Part shown: positions 1-12,200 of the stretch, in pieces | Numbering within the stretch: position 1 is the first letter of the stretch | How the letters are laid out: every line of letters begins with the position of its first letter | Assembly (NCBI RefSeq): GCF_006345805.1 | Contig: NC_042999.1 | Coordinates: 139,500,001-139,564,000, forward strand | From: Octopus sinensis | Taxonomy: Eukaryota | Direction: 5' to 3' | Length of the DNA: 64,000 nucleotides | Translations under genes and position numbers: made by a program | Notes under the pieces: model-generated | What the model was told of the DNA's origin: nothing | Databases searched by the model: none | The model's input: only the letters and a program-made list of their open reading frames with translations

Positions 1-166
1 ATCCTTCTACCAACAAAAGTCTTGATAGATGTATGTATGCATCAAATTGAATAAACCTGTTGGATATTATTAATGTCTTGTCATTAGACACATGGTTAAA
101 TATGTAGATCAGCTTTATAGTAACATCCTGAACCCTTTCTTTTTTTCTTTTCTTTTTAGCACTTAC

Positions 167-315
167 TAGTTTTAAATTCTTCAATTCTTCCCGCATCAGC
201 TCATCAACTTGAATCCTAATCTCAGTCTCCACTTCAAGTCGCTTCTCCTCTTTGATTAGTTCAACGTCATGTTTCTGCATGAAGTTGTGTTCTTCCTGCC
301 GCTCAGCCCAGATTT
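167..315 (-). CDS. IQCA1: IQCA1 coding exon 11
   Basis: ccttgcag / GTAAGT; (E)[49 protein letters not shown]. Confidence 0.93.
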
Positions 316-3184
316 CTGCAAGGCAATACTAATAACAGTGATTTTTTTTTTTCTACTGACACAAAGTTACAAATTAAGAATATGAGGGTAATATAATCAA
401 ATCAACCCTTATACTACCATTTTTTTGTAGAAATACACTGCCTTTGCTTCAAATGATTTTTTTTTAATAAAGCATTTTGTTAAATAACTTAGGCATTATT
501 AAGCCAATGTTGAGAACATGAAATAACAAGAAATTTTATGGAAGATTTTAATTCAAATCACTTTAATTCAAAAAGTTTGTATCACAAAATTATAGGTGGG
601 TTCAGGTGGGCTGGTATCAAAAAGGTTAATAAACTTCACTAAATGACTAATACATATTTTATTAACTCTGGAAGGACAATAGACCAAACTAGAAAAATCC
701 TATCCATTTAAATGTCTGTGTTGTATTACATAAAAGTATTTCACTACCTCCTCTCCCCAAGCTTTCAGTCATTCTGTAACATCTCTTATCCTTCACTCAC
801 TCCAAGACTCCGAGTGTGTCTTGGCAAGTGACTGTAACAAACATGCAGATTAAAAGTAAAAATGGCAATAATAAAAATGCTTTCTACTATAGGCACAAGG
901 CCTGGATTTTTGTGGGGAGGGGGACAGTCGATCACATTGACCCTAGTACTTGACTGTACTTAATTTATCAACCCCGAAAGGATGAAAGGCAAAGTCAACC
1001 TTGGTAGAATTTGAACTGAGAAAGTAAAGACAGATAAAAAGCCACTAGCTAACCGCATTCATATGACGATGATGATGATGGTGATGGCTTCATACATTAA
1101 TACATGACAACAAAATGTATGGGTAGAGAATAATCAACTGAGTCAACATCTTTACATGACTGAAACTTACTTTATGAAGGTAAATTCAAATGCACAAGAC
1201 TATGAATTCATAATGTAGAGGAACAAATCACAATATTGTAAAGTATTTAATTCAATGTGAGACACTCTGGCTGAGTGGATAGCAGAATCAGTTCAAATTT
1301 GCTGCAAGCATTTTTTTATTTGTTTCATTGGATTTAGAATAAGCACCAAGTTATCTGTGAATCTAAACTGTGATAGACTGAATCCCTGAGCTCTAAACAA
1401 CAACTGTATCAGTCCATCACCCTGCTGTCCATTACTATTACTACTAACAACATACAAGTATAACCACATTCAGGGTTCCAAGGCTTCCTTGAGGCTGACT
1501 GTTTAGTTCTAGCTTCATGTTGTTAAGGTAAATCCTTCATGTTGTTAAGATAAATCCTTCATGTTGTTAAGGTAAATCCTTCATGTTGTTAAGATAAAAC
1601 CTTCATGTTGTTAAGATAAAACCTTCATGTTGTTAAGGTAAATCCTTCATGTTGTTAAGGTAAATCCTTCATGTTGTTAAGATAAATCCTTCATGTTGTT
1701 AAGATAAATCCTTCATGTTGTTAAGGTAAATCCTTCATGTTGTTAAGATAAATCCTTCATGTTGTTAAGATAAATCCTTCATGTTGTTAAGATAAATCCT
1801 TCATGTTGTTAAGATAAATCCTTCATGTTGTTAAGATAAAACCTTCATGTTGTTAAGATAAAACCTTCATGTTGTTAAGGTAAATCCTTCATGTTGTTAA
1901 GGTAAATCCTTCATGTTGTTAAGATAAATCCTTCATGTTGTTAAGATAAATCCTTCATGTTGTTAAGATAAATCCTTCATGTTGTTAAGGTAAATCCTTC
2001 ATGTTGTTAAGATAAAACCTTCATGTTGTTAAGATAAAACCTTCATGTTGTTAAGATAAATCCTTCATGTTGTTAAGGTAAATCCTTCATGTTGTTAAGA
2101 TAAAACCTTCATGTTGTTAAGATAAATCCTTCATGTTGTTAAGATAAATCCTTCATGTTGTTAAGATAAATCCTTCATGTTGTTAAGGTAAATCCTTCAT
2201 GTTGTTAAGATAAAACCTTCATGTTGTTAAGATAAATCCTTCATGTTGTTAAGGTAAATCCTTCATGTTGTTAAGGTAAATCCTTCATGTTGTTAAGATA
2301 AAACCTTCATGTTGTTAAGATAAAACCTTCATGTTGTTAAGATAAAACCTTCATGTTGTTAAGATAAATCCTTCATGTTGTTAAGGTAAATCCTTCATGT
2401 TGTTAAGATAAAACCTTCATGTTGTTAAGATAAAACCTTCATGTTGTTAAGATAAATCCTTCATGTTGTTAAAATAAAACCTTCATGTTGTTAAGATAAA
2501 TCCTTCATGTTAAGATAAAACCTTCATGTTGTTAAGATAAATCCTTCATGTTAAGATAAAACCTTCATGTTGTTAAGATAAATCCTTCATGTTGTTAAGA
2601 TAAATCCTTCATGTTGTTAAAATAAATCCTTCATGTTGTTAAGGTAAATCTCTCATGCTGTTAAGTCACTCTCCAGAAACAATACTAGTCTCCTATCAAG
2701 TAACATTCCTAATAAGTTTCATAGATATTGCCAACCACTGGATAAACTGAAGAATGTAAAATAAAGTGTACTTCTCAAGTACACAACAAAGCATCTACAC
2801 TGGATTTGTACTCAAAATCTCTTAACACAGAGGTCACAGTCAGGTACACTTGATCATTTTGCTTCTATTAGGTTACCAATGCCAGCACTAAAATCATTGC
2901 AACTATCACTGTTTTTTATTTCTCTATTGCCCATAAGGGGCTAAACATAGAGGGGACAAACAAAGACACACAAAGGGATTAAGTCGATGACATCGACACC
3001 AGTGCGTAACTGGTACTTAATTTATCAACCTCAAATGATGAAAGGCAAGGTCGACCTCGGTAGAATTTGAACTCAGAACGTAACGGCAGACAAAATACCG
3101 CTAAGCATTTCACCCGGCATGCTAACATTTCTGCCAACTCGCCACACCAAACTGACTACTATTCCCACTACTACTACTACGACG

Positions 3185-3217
<33 letters not shown>

Positions 3218-6200
3218 GCTACTACTACTACTACTACTACACTACTACTACTACTACTACTATTACCATCACCACCACCTCCACCACAATCACCACCACC
3301 AGAACCACCACCACCACCACCACCACTACTACTGGCACTCTATCAGTTGTAACGACAAGGGTTCCAATTGATGTGATCAATGGAACAGGATGCTCATGAA
3401 ATTAATGTAACAGTGGCTGAACATTCCACAGACAAACATACCCATAATGTAATTCTCAGGGAGATTCAGCATGACAAAGAATTTGACAAAGTTGACCTTT
3501 TGAATTACAGGTAAACTCATTTTCGCCAGCTGAATGAACTGAAACAACATGAAATAAAGTGTCTTGCTCAAGGACAGAATGCATTGCTAGGAACCAAACT
3601 CATAACCATGAGCTGAAAACTCTGACACTAATCCACATGCCTTCACTACTACCACTACTACTACTACTACTACTACCATCACCACCACCACCACCAACAC
3701 TACCAATATCACCACCACTACTGCTGCTACAGCCATCACTTGCTGTTTCCTACATCTGATGAGGAAGCTACCAAATTACTTTTCCATCCACATTACTACC
3801 ACCAATCCTACTAATTATACTGTTGTTCATAGTACCATGACCACCACTACCTTCCTCACTCATACAACTACTACTCATATATACACTGTCTCTATATTGT
3901 GATACCCATTAAAAACATAGGTGTTAAACAGACAGGTAAATAACTCGAGAAATGACCAATTTACCAACTTAATGCTTACCTTTATATTTATGGTTCCCTT
4001 CTTGCAGAGAAGTAATAAAATTGGAAGGGGCCATTTTCCAGCCCTCATACTCTGCCTGTTAGATTAGAAGATAAATAAATAATTAATATAATTACATTTA
4101 ATAACTGGATCTTTCATTTCAAGACATTTTTGTCAAGAAAGATTCTAATTATATCAGAATCAAACAGAAGATATTTGTAGATTAATTCCATTCTAAACGG
4201 GTTTTTTTTACATGATCATGATGATGATTATAAAATTGCTTAAAACAGCATTGCAGTGAGAGTCGTTAACATAGACAATGATTTTGTAATAGCCATAACT
4301 CAAAAGACTGCTTCTATTGTGATCATAACTCACAACTTCAAGAGAAAAACAGCAATGTTTACCTCTTTCTTTTTCCCAACTTTCTTTGGTTCTTTTCTCG
4401 CTTTGGTTTTACCCTCGTCTTTCTTTTTTCCTTTCTTTTCACCTTCCTCTTCCTCCTGAAACCAAAATTTTGGAATGTCAGTGTGCTTTTTTACTCATCT
4501 GCCTCACACACATAGTTTACACTTTCTCACATGACACCAGATATATATCAGACGAAGAATGTCTAACATAGCACTAGAGATAGACCTAGCCTGTATCACA
4601 CTCCTAGATTATGCACGTATCCCAAAACATCCAGGACACACATCTGGCATGAAACATGCCATTTGCAGAGACTGGATACAAAATTACAGCTAATTATTGA
4701 CATTGAAACAATAACAATTAACAAGTAACAAACTTCCAGCTCAAAGCTAAATAATGGCCAACTGCTTCTAGTGCCAGAAATCAGTGAATTCAAACTAATT
4801 TCTACTTGGTAGCTAACTAAAAACAACCTGAAACTAAATGCAAATCAGTTGTGAAATGAATGCTAACTGCTTATTGTGCTTTCAGACTAATGAAGACAGC
4901 ATGTTTCAGCTGACCTCTCTAACAATTAACCAACAGCTAAAGCCAAACTGAATGTTAATTAAATACTAATTAACATTCTATTGAATTTTAACTAACTACT
5001 GCATGAATACCAAACACTGACAACAAATTAATAAAGGTAAGATAGTTCTTTTTTGCTATCTTATTATTAACTGAATACTAACTGGTTATTTGCTGTTCAC
5101 TGAAATCCAAATAATAAAAAATGAGAACTTCACATTTCTCTGAAAACTAAATGCTTAACTGCTACTTAAACTTAATAATGGCTAACAAATAAAAAGATAA
5201 TAGTTGACAAACTGAACTAAATGCAAAAATGTAAACAAACTATCAAGTGAATATAAATGCTGTATATGAGCCAACAAGAGCCCAACTGACAAACTCTTCA
5301 CATAGCAAAGACTGCATTACAAAAACTGGTCTTCTTTCCTCTTCAGAGCCAGAAATTACTTTGTTTCCAACAATAACAAATCTTCTATAAAACTGAGATA
5401 ATATTCATAACTGAGTACTTCTACATCTTGGTCAGTATTGCTGCTACACATGTTCTAGATGAACAGACATCCTATACCACATCCAAATAAAGGTCATCTG
5501 ACTTAACATGAAGTCATTCACCAACACACTCCATTTGGCCCACTTAACATAGTCTCCACTCTGATTTTTTTTTACTGCTATTGCAATGGCCTCTTGTTGT
5601 TGGAGTTGATTGGTTCCATAACCACTTCCACTCAGACCCTCCTTAACTCTCTCCCCTCTCATTACCTATAATGCATCTGCCACCACCACCACCACCATCA
5701 CCCAGGCCCTGTATTAACCACCGCATTTGTCTCTCTCTACCCAGAAATCCCTCCTTACACAAATTTTTTTCACTGTAGCCATTAATTTGCAACTGTTCAA
5801 GAATATTAACTACATCAATCTCAAAGGTTATGGCTCTTTCTCCAAAGCAATCCAAATAAATAAACTCACAATCACCTGATCAGTTGTAGTTATGATCTTA
5901 CCTTTGCCTTCAGTTCCAGTTCCAATTCTAGAGGGTCTTTTTCTTGAAATATCAGTGCAGAACCACCATCTTCTGCAGGAGGGTAATCTGGAAATTTTCC
6001 ACTGGCATCTCTGAAATAATACATTCATCCCTTATAAATGGAAACTGTAACCCCTCTCCCACTGGTCATTATCTCTTTGCCCAGTGTCCATTTGTCTTTT
6101 ACAATTTTGTCACTGTGCTTTGGTTGTTTTTTTTAAATGGGAAATGCTCACTTTGGTACTTGTCCATTTTACGACAATTCCTATAACAATTGTTCCCTTT

Positions 6201-9200
6201 TATTATTCTCCCGCAACAATTCTATTTCTGATCTTCAACTGACAATTATTCGTTGTCTACTCAATCTTTTCTTTAGATTAATCGTTGTCTCTTTAGTCAT
6301 TAATTTTCAACCAGTTAAATGAAATAACATTAGAAAGAAAAGTTACAATGTTTTTTAAGCAGAAATTAGAATTATCAGTTAGATCAACACCAGTATCTTA
6401 CTGGTATATATTTTAATGATACATGAGGATGAAAGACAAAGCTGATGTAGTGATGCTACAGTGTAGGGTTCGGCGCGCATGCGCAGAATGGGACTACTTC
6501 CGGGTGGCCACCGGAAGTCTTCCCCATGCGCATGTGCGGGAAAACATCTCTCGAGCCCGCGAACCTCAAATCTCTCTCTTCGGCTCAAGACAGCACTGCG
6601 ATCGGTCACGGTTTTCCTGGCTCTGACAGCCACACACCAGCTTCAACCAACTTCAACCAACCTCAACGACCAACACCAGCAGTATATCAGAGGCTGTCTA
6701 TTCCCCCATCAGACAACGTACAACCATGAATCAATAAACCAAGTTGTCTGTTCACCTTTAACCTGAGTTTCGTCTGTTTGTTTTCTACAAGAATTATTGT
6801 ATGTGACTAGAAAGGATCTCGACACCCTGCCAGTGCTTCGATGATAGATCCTTTCACGTTACAATTGGTGACCCCTAGTTGAGAAAAAGAACAGGATAGA
6901 AAAAGACACAGCGAACAGGTTTTTTTTGGGGCCGAAGAGCGCGGAAATTCACATTTATTTTCCTATTTTCTCCTTTTCAGCACGGCGAGGTGGGTCAAAA
7001 AAAAAACAAAGAAAAAAGAAAACACACACACACATCATTTTTTTTCCTTTTCTGTATTTTGTTTTCTTGTACACACTATTCCTCTTTTTGCTACCCACGA
7101 GTGCACACACAAACACAATTTTGAATTGCCTTCTCGGTTCCACGTGTTCTCTCTCCACTCTAGACCATACCTTCTGCCCCCTTCTCACAGATTCCTTCCG
7201 ACAAAGGCATGGCTTCAGGTTTGCCTTCATTTACGGGGGATATGGGCCTGTGGTTTGCCCAAGTGGAGTGGTATTTTGTTGCACATGCCATTTCTCCACA
7301 GCAGCAGTTGCACCTGCTATATTCCGGCTTACATCCCCGACTCGCCGCATCGATCAGGGATCTAATAATAAGTCCCCACCCGGATGCCACATACGCGTCT
7401 GTGAAAGCAGAAATCCTCCGCCGCAACACACGTTCGGGGGAGAGCAATATTCAGATTGCCACGATGGCCGATGGAATACTGGAATTTCCGAATCCATCTC
7501 CATCGCGAGGCCTCTGTGCATGTACAGGGGGCCCTGCGCAAATTTCACTAACCGAGCGGATTGATGCGCTCACGCGGCGAATCGACGATCTATCCCGTGC
7601 GATCGAGCGCCGACAACGCAGTCGTAGTCGCTCTACCAAAAGGGCAGATCGGTGTACCCAGCCGTGCACTTTTAAGCCTCGGAAAACTAAATCCGGAGGA
7701 GGTGAGCACGTCACCTTCTTCCATCTCGTTTCCCAAACATCGTGCATTCTATGTAAAAGATCTGGTGTCGAAGACATTCTTCATGGTAGACACCGGTTCT
7801 GTTGCAGCATCTGGCCCCTTCGTCTGGCTGCAGACAAGCCGAAGCGCTCTTCGATTGTCTTGCATGCTATTGACTCGTCTCCCATAACCACTTACGGTCA
7901 GATTTCGCTGCGCCTCAACCTCAACCTTCGCCGAGACTTTCGATGGGTTTTCGTCATCGCTGACATCCCACATCCTATTCTCGGCGCTGATTTCCTGGAT
8001 AGGTTTAACCTATTGGTGGATGTCAGGCGTCGGAGGCTTCTTGATAGCACGACGTCGCCTCTACACCGACTGGGAGTTCCACCACTGCGGTCCTTAGCCC
8101 GACATTCTTTGTTGCCACCTCTGGAGACCTTTTCACTCTCTTTTGGTTTCATTTCCGGAGCTAGTGGACATTGCCTTTAAACCGGAAAATCCTACCCACT
8201 CGACCCTCCATTTCATCACCACCAATGGGCCACCTGTATTCTCACGCCCCCGGCGCCTAGCGCCAGACCGAATAAAACGGCCAGAGCCGAGTTTGAGCAC
8301 ATGCTTCAACTTGGCCTTATACGCCCCTCCACCAGCCCATGGGCATCTCCCCTCATTTGGCGCGAAAGGGCGAGTCTGATTTTCGCCGGTTGGAGACTAT
8401 CGACGCCTCAATGCCGTCACAATAGCCGATCGCTATCCGATTAGAAATCTCCGGGACTTTACAGCAAATCTCCATGGTTGTACCATTTTTTCGAAGGTCG
8501 ATCTGATACGCGCTTACCACCAAATACCGGTCAACCCAGCCGACGTTCCAAAAACTGCAATCACTACCCCGTTTGGGTGTTTTGAGTTTTTGTACATGAG
8601 TTTCGGTTTGCGGAATGCTACTAGCACCTTCCAGCGTTTCATTGATGAGGTGTCCGCGGTCTTGATTTTGTGTTTGCCTATGTCGATGACATACTCATTG
8701 CGAGCGACACACGAGAAAATCATCTCCGGCACCTTTCTCAACTCTTCCAGCGTCTTCGCGCGTATAGCATAGCATACATAACCCCGACAAGTGTGTTTTC
8801 GGACGCTCTTCCTAGATTTCTAGGGCATCATATTGATTCGACTGGAATCAGCCCCCTCTCGTCAAAAGTCGATGCCATTCAACGCATCGCCCCCCCACTT
8901 CCTTGCGCCAGCTCAGGCATTATCTAGGATGGTCAATTTCTACCGACGCTTCATTCCCGGTTGTGCAGATAAGCTGCTACCTCTCACCAGGCTGTTAAAG
9001 GACTCTCCTAGAAAGGACAGTCAAGTCACCCTCTCTGTTGAGGCAGTGACAGCCTTTGAGTCCATTAGAAGGAGCTGGCTTCTGTTTCTTTGCTTGCACA
9101 TCCAGTTCCTGGTGCTTCTCTCTCTTTGACTGTGGACGCATCGGACACTGCCATTGGCGCTGTGTTACAACACACAGTGGATGACCATGTTCGACCTCTA

Positions 9201-12200
9201 GCCTTCTTTTCCCGTCAACTGCAACCAGCTGAACGACGATACAGCACCTTTGATCGTGAGCTCCTAGCGATCTATCTATCGGTTCGTCATTTCCAGCATC
9301 AACTTGAAGGCGAGATTTTGTGATCTATACGGATCACAAGCCCCTTACGTTTGCCCTGTTTTCAAAAACGGACAAACTCTCACCCCGTGCTTTCGGCACC
9401 TGGATTTTATCTCTCAATTTACTAGCAACATTCGACACATACCTGGAAAGAGAACGTTCCTGCTGACGCTCTCTCTCGCCTTCCAGTTTGCGCCCTTTCG
9501 TCTCCTGCTGCTATCGACTTAGGGCCATATCGCAGGAGCAGCCACCTTTGGCGTCGTTAGATTTAACTTCTCCCAAGTTCTCCTGTTGCCAGTTTTCCTA
9601 CCTTCCGCTTCGTCAGCCGAAGGCACCATTCTTTGTGACACTTCAACTGGATCTCCCAGGCCACTGGTGCCTGAGACCCATCAACGCTCAGTGTTTGAAG
9701 CACTGCACTCCTTATCACATCTGGCATCGCTGCCACCCTCAAACTAATCACTGCTCGGTTTTTCTGGCCAAATATGCGTCGCACAATTACTTCTTGGACA
9801 CGCACCTGCTCCAAGTGTCAACGATCCAAGATTCAACGGCACGTTCGTGCCGCTTGGACAATTTCCCCCCACGGAGGCCCGTTTTCGCCATGTCCACATC
9901 GATCTGGTTGGACCATGGCCTGTGAGTCGCGGGTTCTCTTATCTATTAAACTTGGTCGATCGTTTCTCCCGCTGGCCAGAAGCCATTCCGATAGCAGACA
10001 TTTCTGCTGAAACTGTTGCGCGAGCTTTCGTTTCAAACTGGATTTCTCGCTTCGGAGTCCGTCCCGATTGACAACTGATCGTGGACGACAGTTTGAGGCC
10101 TCGCTATTCGCGAATTGTCGCGAATTTTGGGTATGCACCATATCCACACCACAAGCTACCATCCAGCGTCTAATGGATTGGTTGAGCGGTTCCATAGACA
10201 GCTCAAGGCCGCTCTTCGTGCCTCTTCGGACCCACAGTCCTGGATCGAATTTCTGCCCATTGTGCTTCTCGGCTGTCGGACTGCTGTCAAGGCAGACCTG
10301 GGGTTTTCTGCTGCAGAGCTGCTGTATGGTACCACACTGGCATTGCCCGGTACGATGTTGGTGCCAGACACTTCCTCGCCCCATGATCCGGCGACCTATG
10401 TCACCAGACTGCGGGAATATTTTTCAAACTTCCGCCCATGCTTCCCAGAAAGCAATCTCCACCGTCCCATCCTCCCACCGGATATGAACACCTGGTCGCA
10501 TGTTTTTGTTCGGGACGATTCTGTGAAGGGCCCACTTGTTTCTCCCTATAAAGGACCTTTTCGTGTGCTTTCTCGCACACCAAAGGTTTTCACGATTGAG
10601 ATAAATGGTCGTTCGGAGACCGTTTCCGTGGACCGTTTAAAAAAGGCACATTTTGAGACGTCTTCATCTTTTGATGACAACCTTGACACACCCACCTATG
10701 CACCTTTAACAACACTTTCACCTGCACAAACGCCTTCACCTGCACAAACGCCTTCACCTGCACAATCACCTTCACCGGCTCCTACAACACCACCCTCGCC
10801 GTCAACGGGTGCCCCGAGCACACCGTATGTTACAAAATCGGGCAGAACAGTGCATTGGCCCAAGAAACTTTCAAAAACAATTTACATTTAACTTTCTTTA
10901 AAATGTTTCTTATTGTATAATAGTATGTACCAAGTCTTCTGGGGGATCGGCAAGCCTTCTGTTTTCTGCAGCACCACCAAAAATCTGGTTGCCGTACTTC
11001 GCACTCGGGGGAGCCTGTAGTGATGCTACAGTGTAGGGTTCGGCGCGCATGCGCAGAATGGGACTACTTCCGGGTGGCCACCGGAAGTCTTCCCCATGCG
11101 CATGTGCGGGAAAACATCTCTCGAGCCCGCGAACCTCAAATCTCTCTCTTCGGCTCAAGACAGCACTGCGATCGGTCACGGTTTTCCTGGCTCTGACAGC
11201 CACACACCAGCTTCAACCAACTTCAACCAACCTCAACGACCAACACCGTATATCAGAGGCTGTCTATTCCCCCATCAGACAACGTACAACCATGAATCAA
11301 TAAACCAAGTTGTCTGTTCACCTTTAACCTGAGTTTCGTCTGTTTGTTTTCTACAAGAATTATTGTATGTGACTAGAAAGGATCTCGACACCCTGCCAGT
11401 GCTTCGATGATAGATCCTTTCACGTTACACTGACTTCAGTAGCATTTCAACTTTGAGCAAAACACCACTAAATTGAGTCTCATCAGACCTATAGAGAGCT
11501 AGAACTACCAATTATTGCAGTTTCTAACTAATCTTTTTTTTTTTACTTCACAGAGTAGTAAACGCTCAGCCAATAGAGATCTGTTATGAATCAAAATAAT
11601 AATCTATGGGATAATTATTGCACATCCTACTGAACATTTCATAATGTAAATACATCTGCATCTGATGGCATTCCACACATACATGCCATTTGTTGTGATG
11701 AGAAATGTGAATATTATTCATGTGTAGACTAGCAAAACAGTTACAAGCAAATAACATTGTCATTAAAAAGAGGACTGGATCTGCTTTGAAATGATAAAAG
11801 ATATAAAAACTAAATATAATAAAAATTGTATAGATTTATATGTATGTGCTGTAAATTATTGTAAAGCTGATTATGTTTCAGGATGTTCATATTTTTTGTT
11901 TAAATTTTTATATTTTGTTTAGAACAATAAATTTCCAATGTCTATCAAAATTTTAAAATCTTCCCAGACTGATCTTCACAATGAAAAAATTCACATAGTA
12001 GTTGTTATTAGCACTTTACTATAAAACAAGAGCCTTGACAACTGGTGTTTGTGTCTCCTTCATAACAACTGGTCTTGGAAATTGCTCATTTTACTATTGA
12101 AATCAGGCCTTTCACAGAATTCAGAAATAGTTTGGCTGTAGTGTCTGTGTTAATCAGTTGTTATCATCATCTTCATTTAATGTCCACTTTCCATGGGCTG

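Larger units (their letters stand above)
6446..11429 (+). mobile_element. Ty3/Gypsy LTR retrotransposon, CsRn1/Boudicca-like, full length, in IQCA1 intron 7 (antisense to host)
   Basis: TG...CA LTRs at 6446-6863 and 11016-11429; 4-bp TSD CTGA (6442-6445, 11430-11433); PBS TGGTGACCCC complementary to the tRNA-Trp 3' end; PPT GGGGGAG. Order Gag, PR (VDTGS), RT (YVDD), RNase H (TVDASD), IN ([26 protein letters not shown]) over many frameshifts. Confidence 0.96.

Noticed and set aside
1513-2665. CRISPR-like regular array
   Set aside because: Units are contiguous with no unique spacers, there are no cas genes, and the context is eukaryotic; it is a minisatellite.
3067-3759. ORFs rich in Y/T/L/P
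   Set aside because: Translations of (ACT)n/(ACC)n microsatellites and SINE sequence.
3756-3790. CTGATGA followed by GGAA..TTCC stem
   Set aside because: No GAAA or stem III after the stem, so it is not a complete hammerhead.
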